NCBI GenBank assembly: GCA_011109175.1
Contig: RDEW01000003.1
Coordinates: 1,933,761-1,997,760, forward strand
DNA length: 64,000 nucleotides
Source of the DNA: Dicyema japonicum
Lineage: Eukaryota; Animalia; Dicyemida
Direction: 5' to 3'
Position 1 is the first letter of the stretch. Each line of letters begins with the position of its first letter. The notes beneath the pieces were generated by a model. It had not been told where the DNA came from, did no database searches, and worked only from the letters and a program-made list of their open reading frames with translations. The position numbers and the translations under genes are program-made. Shown here piece after piece: positions 13,400-26,479 of this stretch.

Positions 13400-14290
13400 A
13401 AAGAGAAAGAAGTAAAAGTTATTAACTAAGTAATCCTAGACCGACAAGGGAGAGGATTAGTCCGGCGGGGTCAAGAATCCTGTACTGCTCTTCTCATCGG
13501 ACATGGCATCGGCTCAAACTTTCTGTATGATTGTAGATATGTTGATAGTGTATGGAGCAGAGGGCAGCTTGGTAGACTAGCCGCCTTAAGAGTTTATGTC
13601 GTAATTTTTTAAGGAATTTTCAATGGGTTGGATCTTGTGTTTTGGTCCAATTTACGGGAGTCTACTAGATTGCGGATAGTTCAATGACGAGATGCGTGAA
13701 ATCTGCATTTCTCACGAAGGACTTGCATACGTCATCATGGGTCGGATAAATTGTTCAAACACTGTGACAAGGCTTCCAGTTTTGCCAAAGTTTTTTTAAG
13801 AGCACTTTTAGGATTCTCATTTTTTCAGAGCAGAAGTTACCCTGTTCTTAACATGTCTGATAAAAGAAAGTCTCTGATCGAAGGTTACCCCAAGAATCTT
13901 CGATATTTTGTTAATAGGCATTTGTTGGACTGACTAGCTAATTGAATGTTTCTGTCCTTGGTGGCAAAAATAATGTCGTCGACATATGAGTGGACTAGCC
14001 AGTTCTCATTGCATGTTTATGGCATGTCGTTTATGTAGAAGTTGACAGTGGGGAACTCAAGGGACTCCATTCGGAAGGTAGCGAGATCTTGATTTGATGT
14101 TGTTGCAGACTAGTTGTGCTCTTCTTCCATTTAGGAAGTTCCCAAGCCAAAGCTTCAAGTTCGGGTTGATGTTCGTTTCAAATATTTTCTTTGTGAGGAG
14201 TTTCCTGGAGACTGAATCGAACGCTTTTTTGATGTCCACGGATATAACTGTCCTTTGATGGGGTTTGGGGAGTTTAGACAAGTCGATAGA
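13400..14290 (-). mobile_element. Jockey/I-like LINE RT fragment
   Basis: TVISVDIKKAFDSVSRKLL...WLGNFLNGRR...NGVP; same family as 61750-63500. Confidence 0.7.
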
Positions 14291-14514
14291 ATAAATATGA
14301 CATGTTGACCAATGAACTGGGAATCATTCACCACATGAAGATGAAGCGCCTGTTGTAATGACTTGAAACGGAATTGTCACAAAATTCTACAATACCCATA
14401 TGAGCGCTCTCAAGAAAAAATTATCTTTCCAATTAATCTGTTGTGAAAAAATATTACTCACTACAATTTTTTAGGGACAAATAATTAATTATTTAAACGC
14501 AAAAACTAACAGCT

Positions 14515-14880
14515 AGCAACAGCTGGCTGCTCTCATAATTGAAAACGCACTTCCCTTTACGATTTGCAAGGAAATGCGCTCAATGGGCCAGCTCCTTTCT
14601 CTCCAATCGTTTTTCTTCTCGCGATGAGCGAACCGATCCTTTTTAGCAAGGTCAGAGATTTGCCACTTTTTCGAAGATGAATTGTCCTCCAAGACAGGCG
14701 TATTTTTTATCTTTAGGGTCTCAGTCTTCTCCGATACTGAGCCTGGGTTGGAGAAGAGAGGCTATCGGCACAGGTGGCGTCCCAGGAAAGGTATTTACCA
14801 CTTGCCCATGGAAAGATAGTGGTTCCGTCCAGTTTTTGGTTGGCTTGAGCAAGTCCAAGCGTCTTCAATTGGACAGGAAA
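14515..14880 (-). mobile_element. CRE 3' fragment
   Basis: DGTTIFPWASGKYLSWDATCADSL, then RIGSLIAR...KGSAFSIMRAA. Confidence 0.7.
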
Positions 14881-15739
14881 TCCGGCAGCTTTAAAATTTA
14901 ATTTTTTTTATATTTTTATTTATTTATTAATAAATGACCCTGCCACCTTAAACAGTCTTCTCATCTTTCTCGGTTTTCTTGGTTTTAAATAATTAAAATC
15001 ATGAGATAATGAGTTATCGACTGTTTAATTATGCATTTTACGTAAGGTTGGGAAACGTTTAATATAAATACTCACTTTACATTAACGAGCGTTTATCGTT
15101 GACCTCAAGTATTCCTGGTGATACATTAACTAAGAACTGTTAAGCAATAATTTCCTTCAAGCATTTTCAAAAGCGTATCATTCGTAAAATATTATGCATT
15201 TAAAATCGTTCAAACTAACGGTTTTTTATTTTAACATTTCTAGATGCAACAATTTGCGCAACACTCTACAACAAAAATACATTGATTTTTCCTACCGAAG
15301 CCCCTATAATTTTTAATTACTTTAAAATTTTCAATGTATAAAATTAATTAAAAAATAATTTTTTATATTTTGGATTTACGAGTGACACCATCATCATAAA
15401 CATCACACTGACGAATTGGATCGTCTACAAAGGACTCACACCCAACAAAAAATGAAGAGCATTCTTTGGTTATCCTTCATAGATTAGTTATGATAACTGT
15501 TCTTTGCTTAAAATAAAATGTTCGTCCTGCCTGGGCGGCTATAGCTAATATGGCTTCTCGTAAAGTGCGTTATTGTTATCCATAATACTATCAACTATAA
15601 CAAACATAAGGCAAAATGCGACTTTAATGTCCTTAAGTCAATTAAATTTTGTTAAAAATTACCTATTGATCTAATGAGTAAAATGTTGATCAAAAAATAA
15701 AAAAATTGATTTAATTTTAATTTGAAAATCGCTTCGCTT

Positions 15740-15880
15740 CCTGAAGAAACTTGGACGCCTAGCAACACTAAAAGGCTACGACGCATGTGAGACCCGTTGG
15801 TTTCTCCAGTTTATCTCTGTTGCAATCGTGAGGGGCAACGCAACGTCGATAATGTCAGCGGGGTCCACACCAAAAATTAA
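15740..15880 (+). mobile_element. CRE 3' terminal fragment
   Basis: ETRWFLQFISVAIVRGNATSIMSAG; close to 52300-52410. Confidence 0.68.
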
Positions 15881-15949
15881 GGAGTCGTTCGTTAATGTCT
15901 GCGTGAATCGCTACTTCCTTTAATTGGTTTTGTAGACATATTTTAATGA

Positions 15950-16500
15950 ATTTTTATGGCAGCTATGCTCTCATCAACAAACTGTAGAGTAACCTAAAAC
16001 CCTTTGGGGAGTCTTAGAATTTCTAAAAAAACAACTTCTGAATTCATCCTTTTTATCTTTTATGCCCAAAAGGACTCGTTCCTAGCTCACCCAAAAGGTT
16101 AACTCACTGAGAACAGAAGCGATGTTCATATCTCCCGCAAAATAAAAATTTATTCTAGATGTTGTTTAGAAGGTTACTGTCGCTTGTCAACTTTGAAGTA
16201 GAGGTTCGGATCACTTTGAACAGAGATTTCAGCAACAGATGGATGATGGCTGATTCTATCTAAAGAATGGAAATTAAGCACTCTCGCCGTACCATGGTCA
16301 TGAGTCATGACAAATCATTTGCAACTGAAGAAGCTAACAACATTGTAATTTTCCTCCATTTGCCCCTGTCATATTCAAACTCCCCTACTCCTTTCTCTCT
16401 CTAGGACGTTTCCCAACCTTTTGGAGATCCCTGTCGAAGACCACTGAAATATTCAGTCATAAATGGAATTCTTATTTTCATTTCAGTCATATATCTCTCA
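15950..16500 (-). mobile_element. Degraded APE endonuclease fragment of a LINE
   Basis: FYFAGDMNI motif near 16125-16150; otherwise interrupted. Confidence 0.4.
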
Positions 16501-16924
16501 ACAACAAGCACAATCTTATCTTCATCTCTGTGAGACCACTTTTATTTGACACCCAAACACAAAGTGTAATGTTCTAGATCTCTCAATGTATAAGACTCCG
16601 TAAAATCAAATTTTATATCTAACCATTTGAAGTTCATGTTGTAACTAATATTATCACAGATACAGTAGCTCTTGTTTCAACAAAATATAAAATATTTATT
16701 TTCCTACCTAACCTACAGATTTTGTTTTTTCTAGAACAACTAGACGATTTAAATCATTGATTATAGCTATCTTTTTGTTACTCTTTGATTAATTAGATTT
16801 CATAGAATCAAATATTTCGCCTGATAATTGTCGTATGTGATGTCCAGGCTGTTGATACTGTCCGGGATGATAAGACAAATTTATCACTTGAAAACATTAA
16901 CAACCACTAACTATTGCTTCGAAA

Positions 16925-17100
16925 GATCTGTCCCTTGTTCCCTCAAAAAACAAAAAAATTTATTTTGAGTCAATAAAGCGATTAAGCGTGAAAAAGGTCG
17001 AAAATAGAAGAGGTCGAAGGATCTGTCCCTTGTTCCCTCAAAAAACAAAAATTATTTTGAGTCAATAAAGCGATTAAGCATGAAAAGGGTTGAAAAAAGT
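16925..17100. repeat. Tandem duplication, period about 95 bp
   Basis: GATCTGTCCCTTGTTCCCTCAAAAAAC...GAGTCAATAAAGCGATTAAGC starts at 16925 and again at 17020. Confidence 0.88.
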
Positions 17101-17760
17101 TTTGTAACACTGAAGTTTCAGCATTATTATGTGATCGGGGGATAACGGCGATTCATGGTAAACCAAGACACCCTCAATCACAAGGGCGGGTGGAACGCTA
17201 AAATCAAACGCTATGCGTTGGTTAGCGAAAACTCTATTTCAATCCAAATCTAATAATTGGATTGGCATATTGAAAACTACTGTTTATAAGTATATCATTT
17301 ATATTCATCGTGCTACTGGAGGGTCACCTATCAGGTTAGCTTTATGAATTTTATTTTTAGACTATTATTTGTAACTTCTTGATTCAATACTGTTTCTGTG
17401 TCTGATAAAAGTGATCGAATTACCAGCCCAAAGAACTGAACATTTTTTCAGATGATAAAATTCAAGAAACTTGTTTTATTTCAGAACTCGAATTAGATCA
17501 TCAAACATCAGAACATTTTGAAAATTATAAAAGAAAAGTGAAAGAAACGCGAATAAATACTTTTCAAAGAATCATGTCAAAATAGGCGATACTGTTTTCA
17601 TCAAATAAGATTTTGATAACATCCTGAAGACAAAAAAACATGCATTGGACAGTTTTTAAAAAAAGAACATTATGTTGTTATAGAGGAACATTTACATTTT
17701 GTTTTGGTTAAGGAAGATTCCGCAGATGAAACAAAAAAAGTTTCCACATCAAAAATTAAA
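17100..17760 (+). mobile_element. Ginger2/KRBA2-type integrase-like transposase remnant
   Basis: ITAIHGKPRHPQSQGRVER*NQTL integrase-core motif; later KIGDTVFI. Confidence 0.65.
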
Positions 17761-17799
17761 AAAATTACTTAGGCTTAAAATACAGTTTATTTGTCTGAG

Positions 17800-18210
17800 A
17801 CATACGACAAGAATTAACAACATTAGAGTTATGACTAGACTATTCTTTTATGAGGATCTTCACAGCTATTTACCTAACTTACACTTTCACTCGGACTGCA
17901 GGGTCTCCACTTCATCAGTGTATGAGCCCGCTCTTCCAGTCACTTCAACTCGCAAAAGATTTCTTCAATTAGAGTCTTTACTCAATGCTTGTGCTCAACA
18001 ATCATACTTTCTAATGTTTTCTTTGACATCATTGATTGAATATAAGCCCTCATTGGCGCATCAATCGACTTTCAAATGTTTATGTAGCACGTGTAATCCC
18101 GTCCCATGTCAAAACTATAATGATAATTTTCAAATTATAATATCTACAATTCTCAATCTAACAAATCATGCTTTTGTAGCTTTTCCACTTCTGTATGCTT
18201 GAGTGCTTCT
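17800..18210 (-). mobile_element. R4/Dong-like 3' fragment
   Basis: EVEKLQKHDLL...VLTWDG...RAYIQSM..KKTLESMIVEHKH matches the C-terminus of ORF 43075-44106. Confidence 0.78.
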
Positions 18211-18559
18211 TGTGATATGATTTCACTTGTCATACAATGTCCGGTTTATTTTGCTGAATTTAATGAAATCATGTAAAATTTATAATTAAAAATGTAAAAC
18301 GAACGAGTTATCCTATTAATAGATTGGAAAGTTGAGTTTGTGGCGTAGCTCTAGTACACTTAATGGCTTTATCTCCTTAGGAAACTTATCCTTTTTTGTG
18401 TACAGGTGACAGGAAACCCAAAAAGTTTAAAAAACTTCGGATGTTCCAATGTCAGAGTTCGAATGTTGTCTGCTTAAATTTGAAGATATTTGCCTTGTGG
18501 AGGAACGATAAATCAAGTAATAATAAAAGTGATTAACCCACTAAACTTGATTCAAACCA

Positions 18560-19400
18560 GAAAGTCCCCATAATGGGCTGAGATTAGGTTTTTTTAGTTT
18601 TTAAAGAGTTCCAGAGGTTTTCACGGAAAATGACAAACGTTACGCCAGCTAGGAAGTCAGCATATCTCTTACGTTTTAATGTCTCGGCCTTCAATCGGCT
18701 AAACAGACATTAGGGCCACTATGAGGGAGATAGTTTGAAGCGAAAGTGTCTGTAAACACAACTCCCCAGACTAGGAGCTTCCCAAAGGTGTACAGAAAGA
18801 TGGTTATTCCATGTGACATTTTCAATCTCGCCTGCACATACCGACGGGTTCAAGTACCGTAGGAAACCAGCTGCGTCCAAACTCCGTCGAATGACTTAAT
18901 CCTGGGGCCCTGTCAGTATTCTCCTTCAAACGATTGAATGTAGTTCAAATCAATCCGTTCACAATCTTCATTCTAAGGCGGAGTGGGACTCCGGCTCGAA
19001 TAAAGTCTTCGTCAAGATGTCCTCAATGCTCTACTTGGAATGGTGTTAACCGAGCTTATTCTCAAGAGAAGCTTTGGACAACAGACAAGCACAGTGGCGT
19101 TAATTTAAGGACTCCCGAATCTTTCCGAAAGATTTCTGACAAACTAGAAGAAGATCAGCAGAAAAACGAATAAGAACATATTCACATCTCGCGTGGGTGC
19201 TTGACTTCCAGGCCATGGAGTGGTCTTCCTGACCAGGGTATCTGAGACCACAAGAGACGAAAGATGTGAGGGTAAATAAACATCATGAAAGGATCGAATC
19301 CCGAGGTCATCAAGTCTGACAGGTAGTTTAGCCTTTTTCCAAGAGTCGTTGTCGATACTAACGTTACAAATGTGCTCGACCATTTCACGAAAAAGAGTCG
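18560..19400 (-). mobile_element. CRE 3'-half fragment
   Basis: KAKLPVRLDDLGIRS, IRRSLDAAGFPTVLEPVGM, FGKLLVW, TDTFAS. Confidence 0.78.
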
Positions 19401-19799
19401 ATACAAGAGTACTAATTTGGAAGAGAAAAATAAGTGGCTATCCTGAGGATATAAGAAATTCTTTGTGTGGAAAAGCTGTTCAGGTAGACACAGTCAATTA
19501 AACTCTTCTTCGAGTAGAAGAATGTGTCCCTACTTCCGCATTTGTTTTCTATACGCCTTCTATTCAAGGTTTTTTGTATAAAAACCTCCTTAATCTCGTG
19601 TTTGTGCTCAACCACGATACTTTCAAGAGTTTTCCTCTATACGACTGATTAAGTTGATGGAAATCGTAGAGTCCTCAACTAACCGTTTACATTTTGTCTT
19701 TAAAAAACTGAATATTCCCATTGCCCTCCAAAAAACCGAGATTACAGGAAGCAGTTAATCAATTTTAATCCGACAGACATATCAACATAATTAACGTCA

Positions 19800-22085
19800 A
19801 TTTTGGCCTATAAATGAAATTCCGCTGATTCTGGCAAATGACTCATAGAACTGTTCATATTGACGGACTTAAAAGTTACGGTAAAAAAAGGTGGTCGAAA
19901 CTGGGGCTAACTCCACTAGTTCGGCTAGATGTTCCGAAGGTGGGGGTTGTTAAGCTCCTGTGCGACATAGGTACTTTGGCTACCTGTGCCAAAGAAGAGT
20001 TATCAAACGCGGAGAATCCCACTTGTTGCTGGAATTTTAGAACGAGGACGACGCTTCAACTTTCGAAGCTGAAGTCAATACTAAGGTACCTTTTCGGCCT
20101 GGGGCACATAACATGTTACAAGTCATTCCTAAGACGTCGGATTTAGTATTACTAGTCTTCGGAGGCTTTCTGAGGTTCGTGGATGATGACGTCTCTAACA
20201 GATCCAGAAGGACTTCCCTAGATGCACAAGATCCAGCGCTTTACAAGCGGGGGGAGGAGACTCCGGACCATGAAGGTCTAGTTCCGCTCTGGAGCAGAGG
20301 CAGAGAGGATCTGCCTGGAGAAATTAACGGATTGGTTACTTTAGGTTCGGTGTGGCCCTAGAGCGACCTACAGCAATCCAGTGCTATAGCTGCCAAGGAT
20401 TCGGCCACACCAGCTCCCGATGCACTTATAAAGAGAAGTGCCTTAATTTCGGGAGTCCATATGGCGGAAGGCCTGCCAATCAAAAGACAGGTCTCTCAAG
20501 TGCGTGAACCGTGGCGAGGAGGGACACAGGGCGAGACATTCAAGATGCCCTATCGTATGGTAAAGGGTCATTGTAGCACTTCTGGCACTACTTTCCCTAA
20601 CGTGCTTAGGAACATTGCGTTGTGCGACAAAAAGGAAAATGCGCCGAAAAGATGCTCAACGTCAGGTCCCTCCAGAATAAAAGGTAGGATGTTGAAGATC
20701 TTCTTGACACCTTGGAAATCGACATCTTGCTCCTCAACGAGAACAAGTTCAAGGATACCGCTGCTGCAGACTTTAGAGGCTAAACTAGTTGTCATCACTT
20801 TGGAATGATACACATCGAGGTTCGGACACTAGTATCTATTTGAGGACGAGTCTTGCAGCAGTGGTCCAAGGTATTACCCAGTGCTCTCATTGCGAGCTTA
20901 TATTATTACGCGTTAGGCTCCTTGTTTTGCTGTCGTTACTGGGAAATGTATGCCAAGCAGTTGTGGTTGTGTAAGGATCACTTTAAGACTGTCTTCGACA
21001 TACATCCCCATTGCGTTATTTTTGGCGATCTGAATGGAAAGCATTCAGATTTTGGCTGTTTTGCTAAAAATAAGGTGGGATTGGCTTTGCGTGCTTGGCC
21101 AGTGATCTTAGGCTCTCCGTCACGACGTCGACAGATTTCAACCATAAGGATACGAGGAGAGGAAAGGACTATTTTGGAATGGCCATAGCCTCTCTTTCTT
21201 TACTTGGTATGTTGTCATTACCTCGGGTACTTAGGGACATCGGAAGTGATTACCGGCCCCTATTTACCGTGCTTCACGAACCTGTTCGAACTCAGACCCC
21301 AATTGGCTATGACTTGGGCTCTGGCAATTGGGATAACCTGGAGGCGTTCATGGATAGAAAACTCCCTTCTTTTAATGGGGCAAGTTTGTATTGAAGTAGA
21401 CCTGAAGGAAATGGATGTTGCCCTCGAGAGCCCGAGCGTTGCATACCAGGTAATAGCCATGGAAGAGGTCCTAGTTACTATCCAAAAGTCGAGAACAACA
21501 CCTCGGGCTAGGACAAGATTCCCATGGTCCTCTTCAACCACGCGTCTGTAAGTCTACTGAAAGCAGTTGTAAGGCTGTATAACGGTAGCCTCAGGATGGG
21601 ATACGTTCCAAGGCGTTGGAAGGAAGCGAAACTGGTTTTTGTAAGTAAACCAGGAAACCTCCGGAAGATCCTAATCGCCTTATTAGCCTGTTGCCTGCCG
21701 TCCATAAAATATTAGATAGAGTGATACACCAGAGGCTAGCCCAGGAATGCATAATAAGAGACACACTCTCGGACCTTCAGATCGGATTCCGTGAGGGGCG
21801 ATCCTGTGGTGATTGCCTTTGGAGATTGAGCTCTCAGATTCGCAATCAAAAAAAGCTAAAACAGTGCAAGGTAGTGCTGTTTCTCGATGTGGAGAGGGCG
21901 TTCGACTCTGTCCGGCATGACGGCCTCCAATACGCCCTGGTGGAGGCAGGACCGGACAAATTATGTGAGGCATAAAGGTTGTTGGTCTAGTTTGTTTAGA
22001 TCTAACCGAGGAGTTCCACAAGGGTTGGTGTTGAGCCCGACCTTTTTAAACATTTATTTGTCAACGGTCCCTAACCAAATAAATT
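19800..22085 (+). mobile_element. Degenerate I/Jockey-group LINE (ORF1 zinc knuckle, APE, truncated RT)
   Basis: KCVNRGEEGHRARHSRCP knuckle near 20500; APE motifs IDILLLNE, FGDLNGKH, DIGSDYRP; RT QIGFREGRSC, FLDVERAFDSVRH, GVPQGLVLSP; ends at the RTE tail. Confidence 0.75.
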
Positions 22086-23630
22086 TATTATTATTATTAT
22101 AAGCAACTACATAGAATCATATAAACTATAATTCTATTCGTGCCGCGTCTGAACAATCCTCTTAATTAGCCTTTCCCATCCCCTCCTGTCCGATGCCAAG
22201 TGCCGCAGACTACTAAGGTCTTCACCGTCCTTTAGTAGTCTGGTTACTGATCTCAGGTCATCAGTAAGGACTTTCGGAAGAGTTATTCTTGGAAGACCTC
22301 TGAACTTCTCCCCTGACGCATCGAAGTATTCTTCCATGACGACGTTTGCTGGCGTGTCTTGTTCCAATCTGAGAATATGGCCAAACAATCTCCAGCGAGC
22401 CTTCATGATCATGGTGCTCAGAGGTCCGGAACCGCATCTTCTATATAAATTTTCACTCCCTACACGCATTGGCCACTTTAGTCCCAAGAGAGACCGAAGT
22501 TGCCTTCTGTGAAAGGAGTCAAGGTTTTGTTCGTCCGTTTTCGAAATTCCCCACGTCCCAGAGTTGTATGTTAGTATGGGCCTCACGAACGCCTCATACA
22601 ACCTGAGTCGGAGTGACGGCCCGACCGAGCATTTTCTTATCCAACATTTCATAAGTTTTTGCATAGTAACCGTAGATAACAATTTTCTTCTTGCAATGTC
22701 TTCGGAGTCTCCGAGAAGAGAGCCAAGGAAACTTTCAAGCACTTCAATGAGTTTTCCCCGACGGACAGTGTCGAAAGCTCTGGTCAGATCAATTCCAAGG
22801 ATAGTCTTTGAGCTCCGGAATCTTTGTTGAATAGCACATTGCCATCTATGGCACCATACTACATCAGCCGTTGATCTCCCTGTCCTAAAACCACTCTGGC
22901 TCTGGGCCAAGTACCCGTCCACCGGCTCTTGGATCCGATTAAGAGTAATTAGGGCAAGGATCTTCCTTAAGATGTTTAGAAGGATGGCAGGGCGCAGGTT
23001 TTCAACTGGCCCAGGGGGTTTATTACCTTTTTGAACTGGTACTAGTATCCCCTTTCCAATTTCTGAAAAGTCCTTGTTTTCTATCATGTCATTCAGCAAT
23101 TTTGAGAGTTTATCTGCAAGTTCTAATAATAATAATAAAGCCTTTTCACAAGAGCCATAGTATTTTATAGCTCCGCATAGGCAGGACACACACTTCCCAC
23201 GTCCCAGTCGTATAGCCATGAATGTCGCAGCATTGTCTTTAAGGTTTTCTACCTCTCTGATCTTGCTTTCCAACTGACTAGTGTGATGTAGTCTGTTTTA
23301 GGAGTTTGATTTTTCTCTCAATTTGCCTTCGTTCTTGTTTCAGTTTGCAAACAGTCTGAGGATCGACAGTATTTTCGGATCTAAGCCTTAAGTTCTTCTG
23401 CAAATTCAATAGGGCTGACACTTCCGGGTGAAGCTGACTGCTATGGGGTTTAAGTTCCCCCAGATGTTTGTCAGCAGCGGAAATGATCCCTCTCCTAGTT
23501 TCGAGCCATGCCTTTCCTGGTGAAAGATCCGATGCCGTATTATTAATTGAATCCGATACACATTCTTTATAGTCTGCTTGTACTTTTGGTGAAGAGCCCA
23601 AGAGTTCAGTCATATACCTTCTTGATCGCG
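22085..23630 (-). mobile_element. RTE-like LINE with in-frame loss of the RT catalytic core
   Basis: 379-aa ORF runs from GIDLTRAFDTVRRGKLIEVLESFLG directly to SLLGDSEDIARRK, with no QG..SP or YADD; (TAA)n tail at about 22085-22101. Confidence 0.85.
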
Positions 23631-23649
23631 TGGAATCTCCACCACGAAT

Positions 23650-23762
23650 AAATTTGCAATTGAAAAAAAAAATTAATTTAAATCTTAAGGGGCGCTGAAA
23701 TTTCGAGGCTTCAAAATTTTATCAAAAGGTGGCGCTGACTTAAAAAAAGGTTAAGAACCAAT
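23650..23762 (+). mobile_element. Orphan Charlie-type hAT right end
   Basis: GGCGC...AAAAAAGGTTAAGAACCAATG then TTCTA; similar ends near 47290-47336 and 53060-53110. Confidence 0.4.
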
Positions 23763-24649
23763 GTTCTAAACCCCCACCAGTTTTGGTCCCCTGTCACGTT
23801 TAGAGGTAATTCTGATTTAGGCGAGAAATAAGCACACTAGGGACGCTACCTTTGAGAGACAAGAAGACTCCTTTAAATGCTGTGATAGTTTAAGTGAATT
23901 TGAGAAGATAATGTCCCAATGTATCCCCTAGGAGTCATTTTTAGAAAATGTACACTTTTCTCGTTGTTAGGAAGCACAGAGGGGAGGATTCAAGTCACAG
24001 GGTTTATTTCCTGTACTGAGAACAGGCTTAGACAAGTATTTTCCAGATTTGTGCGATTACTCAATATGAGGTACAACGCTTTTCTAATAACGTAGATTGC
24101 TTTTAAAATTGGGAAAAGTGTGGGGATCTGACATTCTAGGACACCGGTTGTGCTGATTTTGCTTTCAGAAGATGATGCTACTCGTCGACCACTATGACCC
24201 AAAAGACGGGGAAACAAAGAACCCTTACGGAACCACTGTCATTGTAAAGAACTATGACGGAGATATTCCTGAAGTTGAGTTTCTCAGTCTTTTTGAGTCG
24301 TTTTGAGAAGTTGACTGTTACAAGGTATGCCTGGTTGTTGATTTGTAGATCCAAAAACAAGAATCTGTTCGATTTGGCTATGCCCAATTTAAGGATTCTA
24401 AAGTGCAAAGAAGGCTTCGGATTAACTTCACAATTTGCAATATCTCAGAGCCGACAAATATTGAACGAAGTTAATCGTGACATAAATAAATACAGAAAAT
24501 AAATAATTTTTTCCAAAAATTTTCTTTTTTTATTGTTAAAGATATATGTTTTACGACTAAAAGTTCTGAGTACTTTTAGGCACAGTGTAACGAATGTCGG
24601 GCAAAAGGCCTGATGGCCCCTAATTCGAATCTCACTGCTATACATTCTG

Positions 24650-24702
24650 GCTGAAGGTTCCACGCATCTACGGTGCTTTGGCTTGACGAGTGATGCCGTC
24701 AT
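24650..24702. repeat. Unclassified dispersed repeat, second copy at about 50630-50685
   Basis: GGCTGAAGGTTCCACGCATCTA...TTGACGAGTGATGCC versus GGTTGAAGGTTCCATGCATCTA...TTGACGAGTGACGCC. Confidence 0.55.
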
Positions 24703-24790
24703 CAGTTAACATCTCACTGCGGAACAGAATCGTCTAAAAAAACTCACACCAAACAAAAAGCTTGGTTCTCCCTCATCGATTGGTTATCAT

Positions 24791-24960
24791 TAGGGAGATT
24801 TTTTTGACTTTATAAATCCAAAATTTTGACCTAAAAATTGACTTTGTTGACGTTAAAAATTCAAAATTTTGACTATGAAAAATTTATCTCGAAAAATTTT
24901 TTTAAATATAAAAAAAAACTAATCAAAAATTTTATTAAAATAAAGAATAATGTAATTCTT
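24791..24960 (-). mobile_element. Terminal fragment of hAT-like family B
   Basis: TAGGGAGATTTTT plus TTGACTTT subterminal repeats; reverse complement of about 46960-47161. Confidence 0.62.
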
Positions 24961-25699
24961 TTAACTTTTAACGTTAACAACTTTATTAGCAAGGAAAAAT
25001 TAAAGAGGGAGTTATTTAGCCTCATGCCCAAGTCCTGGAAACGCTTGGACTCTTCTCTGCGCTCTCAGTTCCAGTCCATGAAGGAGTGATGGAATGATCG
25101 TACGTGAAAAAAATGAATAAATATCCGTTTCGAGTCTCAATTTCCTTATAATGTAATTCGAAATGTTTTCAGGTTAAAAATTTCGGTCTTTATATAAAAA
25201 TTTTACAATAATAAAAATATTTTCTGAATAGATAGAAGGATATTTTTTCAATAGCCGTATATGCTTGGAGAAATATGTTGTTTTTCCATTTTTAAACGAA
25301 TTAAATTTTATTGAAGAAAGTAAAGTAATGGCTATATATTTTTAATATAAAAAATTATTAACATAAAATCTAGATGTCAGATACTTCTTAATTCCGCGTA
25401 AATCGTAACTGAAAACAATTTTGGAATATGCTAGCGTCTTCTACGGTGAAGTAAGTTTTTCCTGTCATCTTTAAGACAATTTCCCCTTCTGACCTGAATT
25501 ATTTTGGGTAGATAGCCAATTTCAATAAAATTTTCTGTTTTTTATGCAAGAATTTTATTTGTGTATTCATAAATATTTATATTGATTTCGTAGATGAAAC
25601 CAATTTTTTCCAACTCTATAATAAATGCATGTAAAAACGGTGACCAAGTCCTCAATTTCCGAGATAACCATCATTTCCAAATTTTTATGACGAGTTTTT

Positions 25700-26300
25700 A
25701 TTTAATTTAAAGTCATATTTTGACTGATGAGCAAATTTTTTATTCATCCTTTTGAAATAGGGTGAATTAAGGTCTGGTGGGCAGAAAGTTAGCTCAAAAT
25801 TATTCGCTATTTCTACCATAGTTTAAAGAAAATGTATCATGCATATTTGAATAATCTTCCACCTCCATCTCTTTTGCTGATTGAAGAGAAACATCGATCA
25901 AACTCTCGCTATATTTTAATTAAAATAACAACTTTGTATTTGTTGGTTTCTTTACAAATAGCATTTTTAGTCTTCATTTGAAGTACTCAAATTTTTGATA
26001 TCGATCAAGTCCGCCTGGAATCGTTCATTTGTGCTAGAAGCAATCACATGATGTTTAAAGTCAGAAATCTATAAACTATATTAATTTCCTACTTTAAGAG
26101 AAATGGAAAACTTCATACTGAACAATCTTTTACAACGGCTTCAATAACATTTCTTGGCAAAATATGAGTGTGAACACTCTGATTAATTGTTGATTCCGGA
26201 ATGACTATTTTTTATGACCAGGATGAGCTATTGCATGCATTTCGGTTTCATTGTCCATGCATACAACGAGTTTATGCTGTTGACTGACTTCATTTTTGAG
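25700..26300 (+). mobile_element. pogo/Tigger transposase remnant
   Basis: ISWQNMSVNTLINC*F resembles the pogo AW..V...TI.NCF motif. Confidence 0.4.
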
Positions 26301-26479
26301 ATAGAGCTCTTGGATTTTTTAACAGTTTAATTTGTTTCGATGAATATTGAATCGAATGCCCACTTAGAACATTCATTATTGTCTCGTATTCAAAATATGT
26401 TTAACCTATTAATTAAAAGAAATGCACAAATATCCTTGAGCACACATAACCAGTCACATGAGCCACGCGATCTCATCAC

